Shown here: positions 27,450 through 38,089 of the stretch, in pieces
Numbering within the stretch: the stretch's first letter is position 1
How the letters are laid out: the number at the start of each line of letters is the position of its first letter
NCBI GenBank assembly: GCA_002269645.1
Contig: NIVC01000152.1
Location: forward strand, 496,001-560,000
From: Macrostomum lignano
Lineage: Eukaryota
Length of the DNA: 64,000 nucleotides
Reading direction: 5' to 3'
Notes under the pieces: model-generated
The model's input: only the letters and a program-made list of their open reading frames with translations
Told to the model about the DNA's origin: nothing
Database searches by the model: none
Made by a program: the position numbers and the translations under genes

Positions 27450-28390
27450 CTTAACTGCAAATCTAATGTTAAAGATAGCGCCATTTCAAATGCAAATCTA
27501 ATGTCAAAGATAGCGCCATTTCAAATGCAAATCTAATGTCAAAGATAGCGCCATTTCAAATGCAAATCTAATGTCAAAGATAGCGCCATTTCAAATGCAA
27601 ATCTAATGTCAAAGATAGCGCCATTTCAAATGCAAATCTAATGTCAAAGATGGCGCCATTTCAAATGCAAATCTAATGTCAAAGATAGCGCCATTTCAAA
27701 TGCAAATCTAATGTCAAAGATGGCGCCATTTCAAATGCAAATCTAATGTCAAAGATAGCGCCATTTCAAATGCAAATCTAATGTCAAAGATAGCGCCATT
27801 TCAAATGCAAATCTAATGTCAAAGATGGCACCATTTCAAATGCAAATCTAATGTCAAAGATAGTGCCATTTCAAATGCAAATCTAATGTCAAAGATGGCG
27901 CCATTTCAAATGCAAATCTAATGTCAAAGATGGCGCCATTTCAAATGCAAATCTAATGTCAAAGATGGCGCTATTTTAACTGCAAATCTAATGTCAAAGA
28001 TGGCGCTATTTTAACTGCAAATCTAATGTCAAAGATAGCGCCATTTCAAATGCAAATCTAATGTCAAAGATGGCGCCATTTCAAATGCAAATCTAATGTC
28101 AAAGATGGCGCTATTTTAACTGCAAATCTAATGTCAAAGATGGCGCTATTTTAACTGCAAATCTAATGTCAAAGATAGCGCCATTTCAAATGCAAATCTA
28201 ATGTCAATGATGGCGCCATTTCAAATGCAAATCTAATGTCAAAGATGGCGCCATTTCAAATGCAAATCTAATGTCAAAGATGGCGCTATTTTAACTGCAA
28301 ATCTAATTTCAAAGATAGCGCCATTTCAAATGCAAATCTAATGTCAAAGATAGCGCCATTTCAACTGCAAATCTGATGTCAAAGATGGCG
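27450..28390. repeat. 35-bp minisatellite (AAATGCAAATCTAATGTCAAAGATRGCGCCATTTC)
   Basis: About 27 copies. The period was read from CCATT at 27481 and 27516. Confidence 0.97.
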
Positions 28391-29174
28391 CCCGAAGATT
28401 TGCTCCAGCGGAGTCAAAATTGTCCCGACCAGTAAAATAATTTCATGACATTGAAGCCCTTTAAATCTATTCAACAGGACTATTAGCAATATCATGAAAA
28501 GTGAAAGCAAAAAAGCGAAACGAACAGTGTTTTGGAGCAGCAGCTTCAGCCTTCTCTCCTCGCTCTGAAACTTGAGCGCCAGTCGCCAGCCTGAGTGGCT
28601 GAGCAGTGCATGCGACGCCCCCCCCCAAACCGCCGCTCTCTCTCCCAGAGGCAGAATCGGCTCTATTTCCTGAACGATCGGACCAGCTAACCCAAATCGC
28701 CTTCGATAGCCGGAAGTCTCTGGGAGCACAGGGGGGGGGGGGCAGGGCGACCTGACCTGTTCCCAGCAATGCAATATTTTTCGGTTGCAGGAGTGTTTGC
28801 CCTCGGAATGACTAGCCTCTATGGGAGCTGAATAGTGCCTGTGTGATCGTTTTGTTTTGCCTGGCTGGCTGGAGATTTTCCTCGGATTTTGAGTGCTTCT
28901 TGTTCTGCTGCTGTTTGACTATTTCATAGTTTCGCCTCTTTCAAGCTTGGGAGAGCCATTTAACGAGGACACGATGACAAAGTCAGGGCCGCGCGCTGTA
29001 CACCATGTGAGAGCGCGTGCGTTTCCGGGGGTCAACGGAATGAACATTCTCACTGTACGCCGTGGGACTTGGGCCTCATGGGCGCGGAATTTAACCAATG
29101 GTACTCTCAGGACTCTGTTTGGAGTGCTACAAGAGTCTGACAAGGAGACAGGACGGAAAAAAGCAGACACAGAA

Positions 29175-29470
<296 letters not shown>

Positions 29471-30464
29471 ACGGGGACAAAAGCATTGGGACAGACAGTC
29501 GCAGCCCCAAGTGTATTTGCATAAGGGAAAAAGCTCTGTAGAGCTGTCAGTCAAGCTTTGCAATACTTTCAGGCTCCGCACTGAATGAACGGCCGGAACT
29601 GATAAGATCCAGATGAACAGCGGATTGCAGTACTCGTAATCTATCGGCAAAAATCCCTAAAAATAGCTGATTAAAAATGGGTTCGTGACACAGCAGCGCC
29701 GAACTGCCCGGGACATGTCAACCTCCCCCCATCTGTCGAATTCGAGCTACCATTTTCTTATCGGAATCTCGGAGTAAAAACAGCAGACTGGCATTTTTCC
29801 TGTAGCCAGAAGTGGCTTCACATTGCTTGTCTGAATATAACTGGGGTTTGCTATACTTTGAAATTGAATAGATCTTTTTGGGATGCACCTCAGCCTGATG
29901 GTGAATAGGAAAAGACCAGAATCTCAGCAGCCATTTGGAGGTACAGATGCGGCTGCGGATGTACTTATTGGTTGAACAGAATGCTTCCGTGCTGAGACCA
30001 GATAAAGCAGTCTTTTCCCCATTAGTCGATAGATGGGCACCGAGCTTCAGCTGATTTCTTTCCCGCATGGCCGATCACCCGAAACGATATTGGCCAGGCG
30101 AGCAGACAGGCAGGGAGGGGCAAGCGTCAAGTTTCAGTTCAGTCGATGCAATGCAGTGAATAAAGTTAGCAAAGCTCTGTTAGAATCGTTAGATACGAGC
30201 TAGCATTCATGCAGCAGTTTACCGGTTTGTGAAAAAAGAGAAATACGTTTTCGGTTGAATTATTTTTCAGCCGATGCTGTAACTTATCCCATTTGCTCAA
30301 CTTTCTTTATGATGCTAATGAGGTAAACAGAATTCGATTTGAAAAAAACAAGTGTGGGAATTTTCAGTATTGTATGAATTCAAAAGTTCCTTTCTGTTAT
30401 TTAAATCTTGCAAATAGGTTTCAACCTAGCTTAGATTATATGCCAGCCAATCAGATCGTGTCGC

Positions 30465-30650
30465 ACTCAAATGAAATCTCTACCCTAGCCCAGCACGTGA
30501 CTCCTGGACAGCCAATCAGATCGTGCCGCACTCCAATGAAATCTCTACCCTAGCCCAGCACGTGACTCCTGGACAGCCAATCAGATCGTGCCGCACTCCA
30601 TTGAAATCTCTACCCTAGCCCAGCACGTGACTCCTGGACAGCCAATCACA
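30465..30650. repeat. 65-bp tandem repeat, about 3 copies
   Basis: GAAATCTCTACCCTAGCCCAGCACGTGACTCCTGGACAGCCAATCA repeated. Confidence 0.92.
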
Positions 30651-31284
30651 TTCGGCCCCATTCAATCACATTAATTTACGAGTATCAGGCATTCTTAAGC
30701 TAAGCGGTCAACAGAAACTGCGTTCCAATATAAAAATATCAAGCACATTATTTTAGATGAAAGTCCCAAATATTTTACGTTGAGCTGCGTAGAGGTGGCA
30801 CGTCGCCACTTGAGCTGAATGAATTGGGTCTCCATAAGCCCCGCCCCAGTACGCTCACCAATCCATCATTGCACGGCTATGACGAAATCTCTAAACAGCT
30901 TGGCAACCGCAGTGTATCCTAGAAAATATTGAATGAAATCCGAAGCGCGCAGGAGAGAGTTAGGCAGGACGCTGTTTGCCTGATTAATTATTAATTAGGA
31001 ATTCAGGCACAAACAATTTGCCTCTCAGAGTTAGCGGAATATCAGCAGCCACTTGCTATAACATGAAGCCATTTTATTGGCTCCAGCGGCTCAGCTTACA
31101 TAAAAAAGTTCACGTCCTTGAAAATCTTCCTGTGTTTACCGCTGCATCGACACGGTTTTATAGTGTTCTTCTTTCATTTGCCTGTCCCAGGCAAAGAAGT
31201 TCCGTCAAATAGCGCATCTTTCACTACCTCACGTCCTTCGCTGTCCTTGCGGAGGTCGCTGCGCTTTGGGAAGATGCTGAGATG

Positions 31285-31540
31285 TCACGTCTCATGGGGG
31301 AATTGCTGAGATGTTTAAAACTCATGGGGGAATTGCTGAGATGTTTAAAACTCATGGGGGAATTGCTGAGATGTTTAAAACTCATGGGGGAATTGCTGAG
31401 ATGTTTAAAACTCATGGGGAATTGCTGAGATGTTTAAAACTCATGGGGAATTGCTGAGATGTTTAAAACTCATGGGGAAATTGCTGAGATGTTTAAAACT
31501 CATGGGGAATTGCTGAGATGTTTAAAACTCATGGGGATTG
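31285..31540. repeat. ~30-bp minisatellite (CTCATGGGGGAATTGCTGAGATGTTTAAAA)
   Basis: About 8 copies. Confidence 0.95.
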
Positions 31541-32303
31541 GTAGGCTAAGCATCAAATGGAGAGTTAGGGTTAAGCCATGGCTATAAGGGAGGCTTTGAT
31601 GCCAAAGCTACCAGGGGATGCTGATATCTTAGCTAGATAGCTGCCTTTCATTAAGAAATCGTTAAGAGATTTCCCTTAAGAAACCAACAGTGACAGTACA
31701 AGGTTAAAAGCTTTCAACGTATATAAAAGTGAATTAAAATTAAATTAAAACAGGAATTTCAGCGCTTTCTGTGCAGCATCACGGTTAGAATAGCTGATGA
31801 AGAGTCAGGACCAGCAACTTTATTTCAGTAGAATCAGATACAGAAACGATAAGATCAGTCCGTATGCTTATGGTCTGCTGACTATTAGAAAATACACACA
31901 GACAGGCGCAGCGAGAGCCAATAGATACGCATTTGGCTACTGGCAGTAGTGTGACAATGGACAAACTCACGGGAGGCAATTTAATGAAAAAATGTTCTGC
32001 TCGAAACTGTAAATTATAACTATTAACAATAGATGGAGCAAAAAGCTAATAGGGGATTCTAACATCAACAGTTTGCAAAAATGTGCATAATACAAAAAAT
32101 GAAGTCAAAAAAATTATAAAAAAGACACCAAAATGTGCATCTGTCATAATGGCTGTATTCATTCAGTTTTACGGTACAAATCAAAATGAACTGAACAAAT
32201 GGAAAATTGTTCTGTGAAAAAACAAATATTGGACAAAATCAACTCATCTGTAACTTACTCTTTGTATTCTCTCCTTTTGACTTTTGAGCTTTTCCGCATT
32301 TCT

Positions 32304-32305
<2 letters not shown>

Positions 32306-32348
<43 letters not shown>

Positions 32349-33085
32349 GCATCTTAGAACACCCCGACTCTTTCTGCAGCCACCTCACTCCCTGCCCCAA
32401 CATTCCAACTCTTCCTGCAGCCACCTCACTCCCTGCCCCAACACTCCAACTCTTCCTGCAGCCACCTCACTCCCTGCCCCAACACTCCAACTCTTCCTGC
32501 AGCCACCTCACTCCCTGCCCCAACACCCCAACTCTTCCTGCAGCCACCTCACTCCCTGCCCCAACACTCCAACTCTTCCTGCAGCCACCTCACTCCCTGC
32601 CCCAACACCCAACTCTTCCTGTAGCCACCTCACTCCCTGCCCCAACACTCCAACTCTTCCTGCAGCCACCTCACTCCCTGCCCCAACACCCCAACTCTTC
32701 CTGCAGCCACCTCACTCCCTGCCCCAACACCCAACTCTTCCTGTAGCCACCTCACTCCCTGCCCCAACACCCCGACTCTTCCTGCAGCCACCTCACTCCC
32801 TGCCACAACACTCCGACTCTTTCTGCAGCCACCTCACTCCCTGCCCCAACACCCCGATTCTTCCTGCAGCCACCTCACTCCCTGCCCCAACACCCCAACT
32901 CTTCCTGCAGCCACCTCACTCCATGCCACAACACCCCAACTCTTCCTGCAGCCACTTCACTCCCTGCCACAACACCCCGACTCTTCCTGCAGCCACTTCA
33001 CTCCCTGCCCCAACACCCCAACTCTTCCTGCAGCCACCTCACTCCCTGCCCCAACACCCCAACTCTTCCTGCAGCCACCTCATGG
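32306..33085. repeat. (CT)n followed by a 41-bp minisatellite, 3' of the CASK stop
   Basis: GCAGCCACCTCACTCCCTGCCCCAACACTCCAACTCTTCCT, about 18 copies. Confidence 0.96.
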
Positions 33086-33205
33086 AAAGAGAGAGAAATA
33101 CAGAGGCAAAAGTCGATGCCAAATCAAATTAACTAAAAATATGCAATAGTGACGCAAATTAAAAGAATACCTAGATATGCATGGAGTGTCAGACAGAGAA
33201 GCGTT

Positions 33206-33382
33206 TCAATAAACCCAATTGACTGGCACCCATTGCGGCTTAGTCTGAACCTGGTCAATGCAGTGCTTCAGCTGGCTTATTGTCTCCTCGATGTCATTAT
33301 TAACGATCTTCTGATCGAAATAGTGGCCGTAGTGCCGCTCTAAAAGTTCGCTTTCCTTGGCCAGGCGCTCCAGACTTCCGTC
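33206..33382 (-). CDS. CASK: CASK terminal coding exon
   Basis: gtgcAG|GAC GGA AGT...TGG GTT TAT TGA. The C-terminus [10 protein letters not shown] matches the CASK/p55 PQWVPVSWVY signature. Confidence 0.96.
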   Translation of the reverse strand, partial: DGSLERLAKESELLERHYGHYFDQKIVNNDIEETISQLKHCIDQVQTKPQWVPVNWVY

Positions 33383-33468
33383 CTGCACAAGCGAAATTAA
33401 TACTTGATGATCAGGTCAGTGTCTCCTGACTGAGGGGACATCAATAGTAAAAGTTTTACGGCACTCAC

Positions 33469-33767
33469 ATTGAGCCCGTGCACGTCGCTCATGGCGCTGA
33501 GCTCCGGGGCGGCAATGAACACAACGTAGGGCGCAAATTCTGCCGTTCGAAGCACGCGCAACGCCTGCGGCTCCACGTCGAGAATAGCGATGCGACCCTG
33601 CCGGTGAATGTCCCGGATGGTATCCAACTTGGTGCCGTACATGGCGTCCTCATGGGTGCCGTACTCCAGGTACTCGTTGTTGGTTATATCGCGCATCATC
33701 TCCTCGCGTCCGACAAAATAATAGCTGCGACCGTTCACCTCCCCTTTGCTGGGCAGTCGGGTCGTGT
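33469..33767 (-). CDS. CASK: CASK exon, guanylate kinase-like domain
   Basis: ctgcAG|AC ACG ACC CGA...CTC AAT|GTGAGT, phase 1-0. HTTR...[16 protein letters not shown]...[27 protein letters not shown]. Confidence 0.96.
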
Positions 33768-33839
33768 CTGCAGGTTGGGGAGGGCATTTAAGGTCAGCGA
33801 TTGTAAACGACAGTTAAAGACAGAGGACAGTTGCGCAGG

Positions 33840-34325
33840 GTTGGCAACCAATCAGAATCAGTGGTGAGGAGGGGGTTGGCAACCAATCAGAATCAGTGGT
33901 GAAGAAGTGGCTGGCACCAATCAGAATCAGTGGTGGGGGAGGTGGCTGGCACCAATCAGAATCAGTGGTGGGGGAGGTGGCTGGCAACCAATCAGAATCA
34001 GTGGTGAGGGAGGTGGCTGGCAACCAATCAGAATCAGTGGTGGGGAGGTGGCTGGTAACAACCAATCAGAATCAGCGGTGGGGGGTGCGCTGGTAACAAC
34101 CAATCAGAATCAGTGGTGGGGGTGCGCTGGTAACAACCAATCAGAATCAGCGGTGGGGGGTGCGCTGGTAACAACCAATCAGAATCAGCGGTGGGGGGTG
34201 CGCTGGTAACAACCAATCAGAATCAGCGGTGGGGGGTGCGCTGGTAACAACCAATCAGAATCAGCGGTGGGGAGGTGGCTGGTAACCAATCAGAATCAGT
34301 GGTGAGGGTGCGCTGGCAACCAGTC
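33840..34325. repeat. ~35-bp intronic minisatellite containing AACCAATCAGAATCAG
   Basis: Fills most of CASK intron 33768-34343. Confidence 0.95.
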
Positions 34326-34343
34326 AGCAGCCGGAAGTCTCAC

Positions 34344-34785
34344 GCGGAATCGGATACGCGAAGCGGTCAGGCGCAGTCTGTATGAGCGTATTTTTGATGT
34401 GCCGCCTGCCAACTCCGTGAGCCCCCAGCAGCACCAGAGTCTTCCGCCGGAAGTTGGTCAGCCGCACCACCTCCTCGTAGGTGACCATCTCCAGCTGGTC
34501 GTAGGGAGTCGGCGCCGATGCTGATGACGCCGCAGTGGACGAGGCGGCAAGGCCCGAGCCCGAGGCGTGCTTGCTGCGCGACTTGCCGCCGCCTCCGCCG
34601 CCGCCGCCGGAGCGCCAACCGTGATGTCGACGGCCGAACGAGAAAAACGGCAGGCCAGAACAGTTCAAAGCGCTGTCGAGCTTCTTGGAGCGCTCGATGG
34701 CGCTGCAGGCGGTGCGCCATTCTTGCAGCTCCGGCGAGGGGATCAGGCTGGCCGGCGTGTTGGCCGGGGCGTTCCACGACCGAGC
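34344..34785 (-). CDS. CASK: CASK exon, SH3 end, HOOK and GK start
   Basis: tcacAG|GCT CGG TCG TGG...ATT CCG C|GTGAGA, 442 nt, phase 0-1. ...[14 protein letters not shown]...[12 protein letters not shown]...[22 protein letters not shown]...RFAYPIP. Confidence 0.95.
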
Positions 34786-34889
34786 CTGTGAAAATGGCGC
34801 GGCGGAGTCAGTAGGGTAGAGAGTAGAGTGGATCAGTAGGGTAGACGGTAGAGTGGGTCAGTAAATTTAGAACAGATTCAGTTGCTGAC

Positions 34890-35021
34890 CTGCCACCAGT
34901 TGTGATCGTCCTTGCTGATGACCTGCAGGATGTCGCCAACCCGGAAGCGGATGCCAGCCTGAGGGCAGGGGTTCAATTCGTCGTCGTCCGGATTGTAGCT
35001 GAACATGGCCTTCACGTAGAT
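34890..35021 (-). CDS. CASK: CASK exon, SH3
   Basis: ccgcAG|ATC TAC GTG...TGG CAG|GTCAGC, 132 nt. [44 protein letters not shown]. Confidence 0.96.
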
Positions 35022-35084
35022 CTGCGGGTTAATAGAGGAAATCAGAATAACTAGCATCAGAGCAGCCACGGAACTTCACCATTC

Positions 35085-35570
35085 ACGGTTTGTGAAGCTT
35101 GGGGATTGTGAAGCTCGGGGATTGTGAAGCTTGGGGAATGTGAAGCTTGAGGATTGTGAAGCTCGGGGATTGTGAAGCTCGGGGATTGTGAAGCTTGCGG
35201 ATTTGAAGCTTGGATTTGGGAAGTTTAGGGATCGTGAAGCTTGGGCATCGTGAAGCTTGGGGATCGTGAAGCTTGGGGATCATGAAGCTTGGGGATCGTA
35301 AAGCTTGGGGATCGTGAAGCTTGGGGATCGTGAAGCTTGGGGATTGGAAGCTTGGGTTTGGGAAGTTAAGGAATCTTGAAGCTTGGGGATTGTGAAGATT
35401 AGGGATTAGAAGCTTGGGGATTTGAAGCTTGGATTTGGGAACTTTAGGGATCGTGAAGCTTGGGGATTTGAAGCTTAGGGATTTGAATCTTGGGCTTGGG
35501 AAGTTTAGGGATTGTAAAGTTTGGGTTTGGTAAGTTTGGGGATTGTGAAGCTTGGGGATTGTGAAGCTTA
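35085..35570. repeat. 16-bp intronic minisatellite (GAAGCTTGGGGATTGT)
   Basis: Fills most of CASK intron 35022-35624. Confidence 0.93.
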
Positions 35571-35624
35571 AGTGTTTGTTTCAAATAGTAACAATAGCAG
35601 CGAAATATAATAATAAATTTTTAC

Positions 35625-35693
35625 CTCGCACTGCATCGGGTGATTTCGGTAGCTGGGCACAATTTTCAGCGTTACACTGCCTCTGGCCTCCTT
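35625..35693 (-). CDS. CASK: CASK exon 'b' for the last PDZ strand (canonical copy; absent from ORF track)
   Basis: ttgcAG|AAG GAG GCC AGA GGC...TGC GAG|GTAAAA, 69 nt, phase 0-0. KEARGSVTLKIVPSYRNHPMQCE resembles recalled CASK [23 protein letters not shown]. Confidence 0.92.
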
Positions 35694-36185
35694 CTGCAAT
35701 CAATTGATAACACCCAGCAGGTGCAGCAGGTGCAGTAGTAAGTTTGCTATATTATAAATTATTTCTTATTAACGATTAACAGAGCGAAAAACAATTGAAG
35801 TTAATTCGCTTAAAAAATCACTTTCAATACGAAAATCGTTAGTGTACTTTTATATAAAAGTACATGTTAAAGACAGTAGCCTCCGGGTAATGTAATAATG
35901 AGACTAACGAATTACTCTGTCTCCAACACCTAATCAGGTTAGACTGGCAGATCTTCTCTCCACATTTCTTCAGCTGAATTCGTACATTAAAACTATCGAA
36001 AAAATTGATTATTACTGAATTGAACAGATTATTTGAAGAGCAAAACTCTCAGTAAGATCTCAGTTTCTGTTAATCAAGCAATAAAAATAATGTAATTATT
36101 AATAACGCAAATCGAACCTATATTACCAATCGGTTTTATAGCAACACTTCAAAGCGCTAGTAAAGTTTTTTTATTTAAAAAGTAC

Positions 36186-36287
36186 CTCCTTAGCCGCCGA
36201 GTGACTGCCCGCCGCGGTTCGAGGGCCGCCGGGCCGCCCGGCAGGGTGGGACACCAGCCTCAGCGTCACCCTGCCGCGCAAGTCCAT
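36186..36287 (-). CDS. CASK: CASK alternative exon 'a' for the last PDZ strand (variant copy)
   Basis: gtccAG|ATG GAC TTG CGC GGC AGG GTG ACG CTG AGG CTG GTG...AAG GAG|GTACT, 102 nt, phase 0-0. MDLRGRVTLRLVSHPAGRPGGPRTAAGSHSAAKE. GC-rich island in an AT-rich intron. Confidence 0.72.
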
Positions 36288-36374
36288 CTGGACGTGTGAT
36301 GTTCATCCGGCCGAGATGAGAGCGGTAAATACGCTTACTTATAAAATAACAATTCTAGTGAATAAAAGAACTAG

Positions 36375-36452
36375 GGATAGTAGCCCAGCGGTTATAGTGC
36401 CCGCTTTCCATTCATCTGGTCTGAATTGCAGGCGGGTTCGAATCTTTGCGGC
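36375..36452 (+). pseudogene. tRNA-like remnant or SINE head in CASK intron
   Basis: TAGCCCAGCGG A box and GGTTCGAATC B box. No convincing acceptor or anticodon stems. Confidence 0.45.
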
Positions 36453-36630
36453 CATTTAAAAATATTTATCCGGGTTTTTCATAACAAAAAGCATTTCTAA
36501 CTACTGCTAATAGCGTGCAACAATGCCGTTATAATTTGAAATTATCAATTGATATTTGACAACGCTCAATTACTAAGCACTTCCCCGATATGTATCGAAA
36601 GATAGTATCGTGAATCAGAAAAACACACAC

Positions 36631-36716
36631 CAGCATTCGTTGTAGAACTTCCACTGATTGGCCAATGACTGGTTCGCCATTGATTTCTCGAATCTCGTCG
36701 CCAACGTGCAGAGTGC
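36631..36716 (-). CDS. CASK: CASK exon, PDZ
   Basis: cctcAG|GC ACT CTG CAC...ATG CTG|[35 protein letters not shown]. Phase 1-0. Confidence 0.95.
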
Positions 36717-36806
36717 CTGAGGAAAAATATGGCATATGTAAATATGAATAACTTGGAAAAACTACATTAATGAGCATGTTTTGAGGAATTATATGATCAA
36801 ACTCAC

Positions 36807-36885
36807 CTTGCCGGTGAATCATTCCACCGTGCATAATTCGGGCCACAATTATCTTGCCGTCCTCAGACATCTTCAGAGTGATTCC
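36807..36885 (-). CDS. CASK: CASK exon, PDZ
   Basis: ttgtAG|GGA ATC ACT CTG AAG...CGG CAA G|[32 protein letters not shown]. Phase 0-1. Confidence 0.96.
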
Positions 36886-36958
36886 CTACAATTTATAACA
36901 AATTTATTTGTTATTGATAAGTCATTGGATGGATGGGTAACGCTAAAGCTGAGCTCAC

Positions 36959-37141
36959 CATAGGCTCGTTAGTATTCTTCTGAAACTGCACCAGGCGCAC
37001 ACGGGTCACATTGTCCATCTCAACCTCGGGAGGCTCCTCCGCGTCGCCGTTCAAATAGGACGACACTGGCGGCGGGGTCACTCTTATTGCCTGGTCGCTG
37101 TACACATCCTGGGCTAGCACGTCGTGCGCTTGCAGCAGGGC
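36959..37141 (-). CDS. CASK: CASK exon, L27-2 end to PDZ start
   Basis: ccgcAG|GCC CTG CTG...CCT ATG|GTGAGC, 183 nt. [25 protein letters not shown]...[17 protein letters not shown] is near-identical to CASK. Confidence 0.96.
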
Positions 37142-38089
37142 CTGCGGGTGGCAGTGGAGGGCTGTGTTCTATGCAGGGACTGCCTGTCCCACAGTGGGGC
37201 CGGGTCGGCCCTGAACTCAAAGGGGTTTGCCAGCGGATGGTCTCGCTCAAAAAGCAGTTGGATATCCTCAAAAGAAGTCCAGTAAAAAAAGTTGCCAACA
37301 CACAAGAGCCGAGAAAGCAGCCCTATCAAGCACCCACGGGACCCGGAGAAATTAGCATATTCAACAAAAATCGATAATGAAATCGAGACCAATCAATCCA
37401 TGCGAAGTCTAGTTGAGGCTTACCCACAGGACAATATCGTCTCGATGGCCGCACAGCATTTAATAAAAATGCGGAACGAAGACTTTCGGAGAGAGAGAGA
37501 GAGACAGGCAACTCAAATGTCTGAGTCCCCTGTAGCAGTGGTGTTAATAGCTGGGGAAATGTGCTGACAGCAAAGAGGGCAGGCGAGCAAAGTGGAAGCC
37601 AGTCGTAAATAGGCATAGCAAGACGGAGTTAAAGGGGGGGAAGCGTAGATGAAGCATTAATTAGCCTATAGCGCTTGCACTTGCGCTGCCGCCGCTCCCA
37701 CTCCATTGGGCAGCTGGGATTGGGGAAAATTACAGCTTGACAGACGGGCGGACAGACTCTGCGTGAGACAGCAGTAGAGAGAGCCGATTTGGTAAAACAA
37801 AACTAACGGGATGCAAGCGGCACCTCCGGCGTGACTGTCCATTTAATCCGAATGCCACAGTGTGAGGAAAATGAGCCGGATATTGCGGACAACCGGAGAA
37901 GCGAAGAGAGGAGAGCGCGGGAGAGGCGGCTGACACCGATTTTAATTAGACTCGTGTAGATTTTCATTGCAGAGGTGGATTAGGATTACGAAAATACAAG
38001 CCGAGACAGCAATTAATATTTCGGCCAACACAGCAACTGGATGTGTTTTCTGAGATTCTTGGATAGTAGATCAGCGTCTTAGGCGTAGA

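Noticed and set aside
28379-29130. GC-rich ORFs upstream of the GPCR as extra coding exons
   Set aside because: No homology and no consistent phase. They may be UTR or promoter sequence, but this is unsupported.
36375-36452. Functional tRNA gene
   Set aside because: A and B boxes are present but the cloverleaf cannot be completed. The same applies to 9640, 16750, 22200, 47647, 51530 and 58450, which are SINE heads or fragments.
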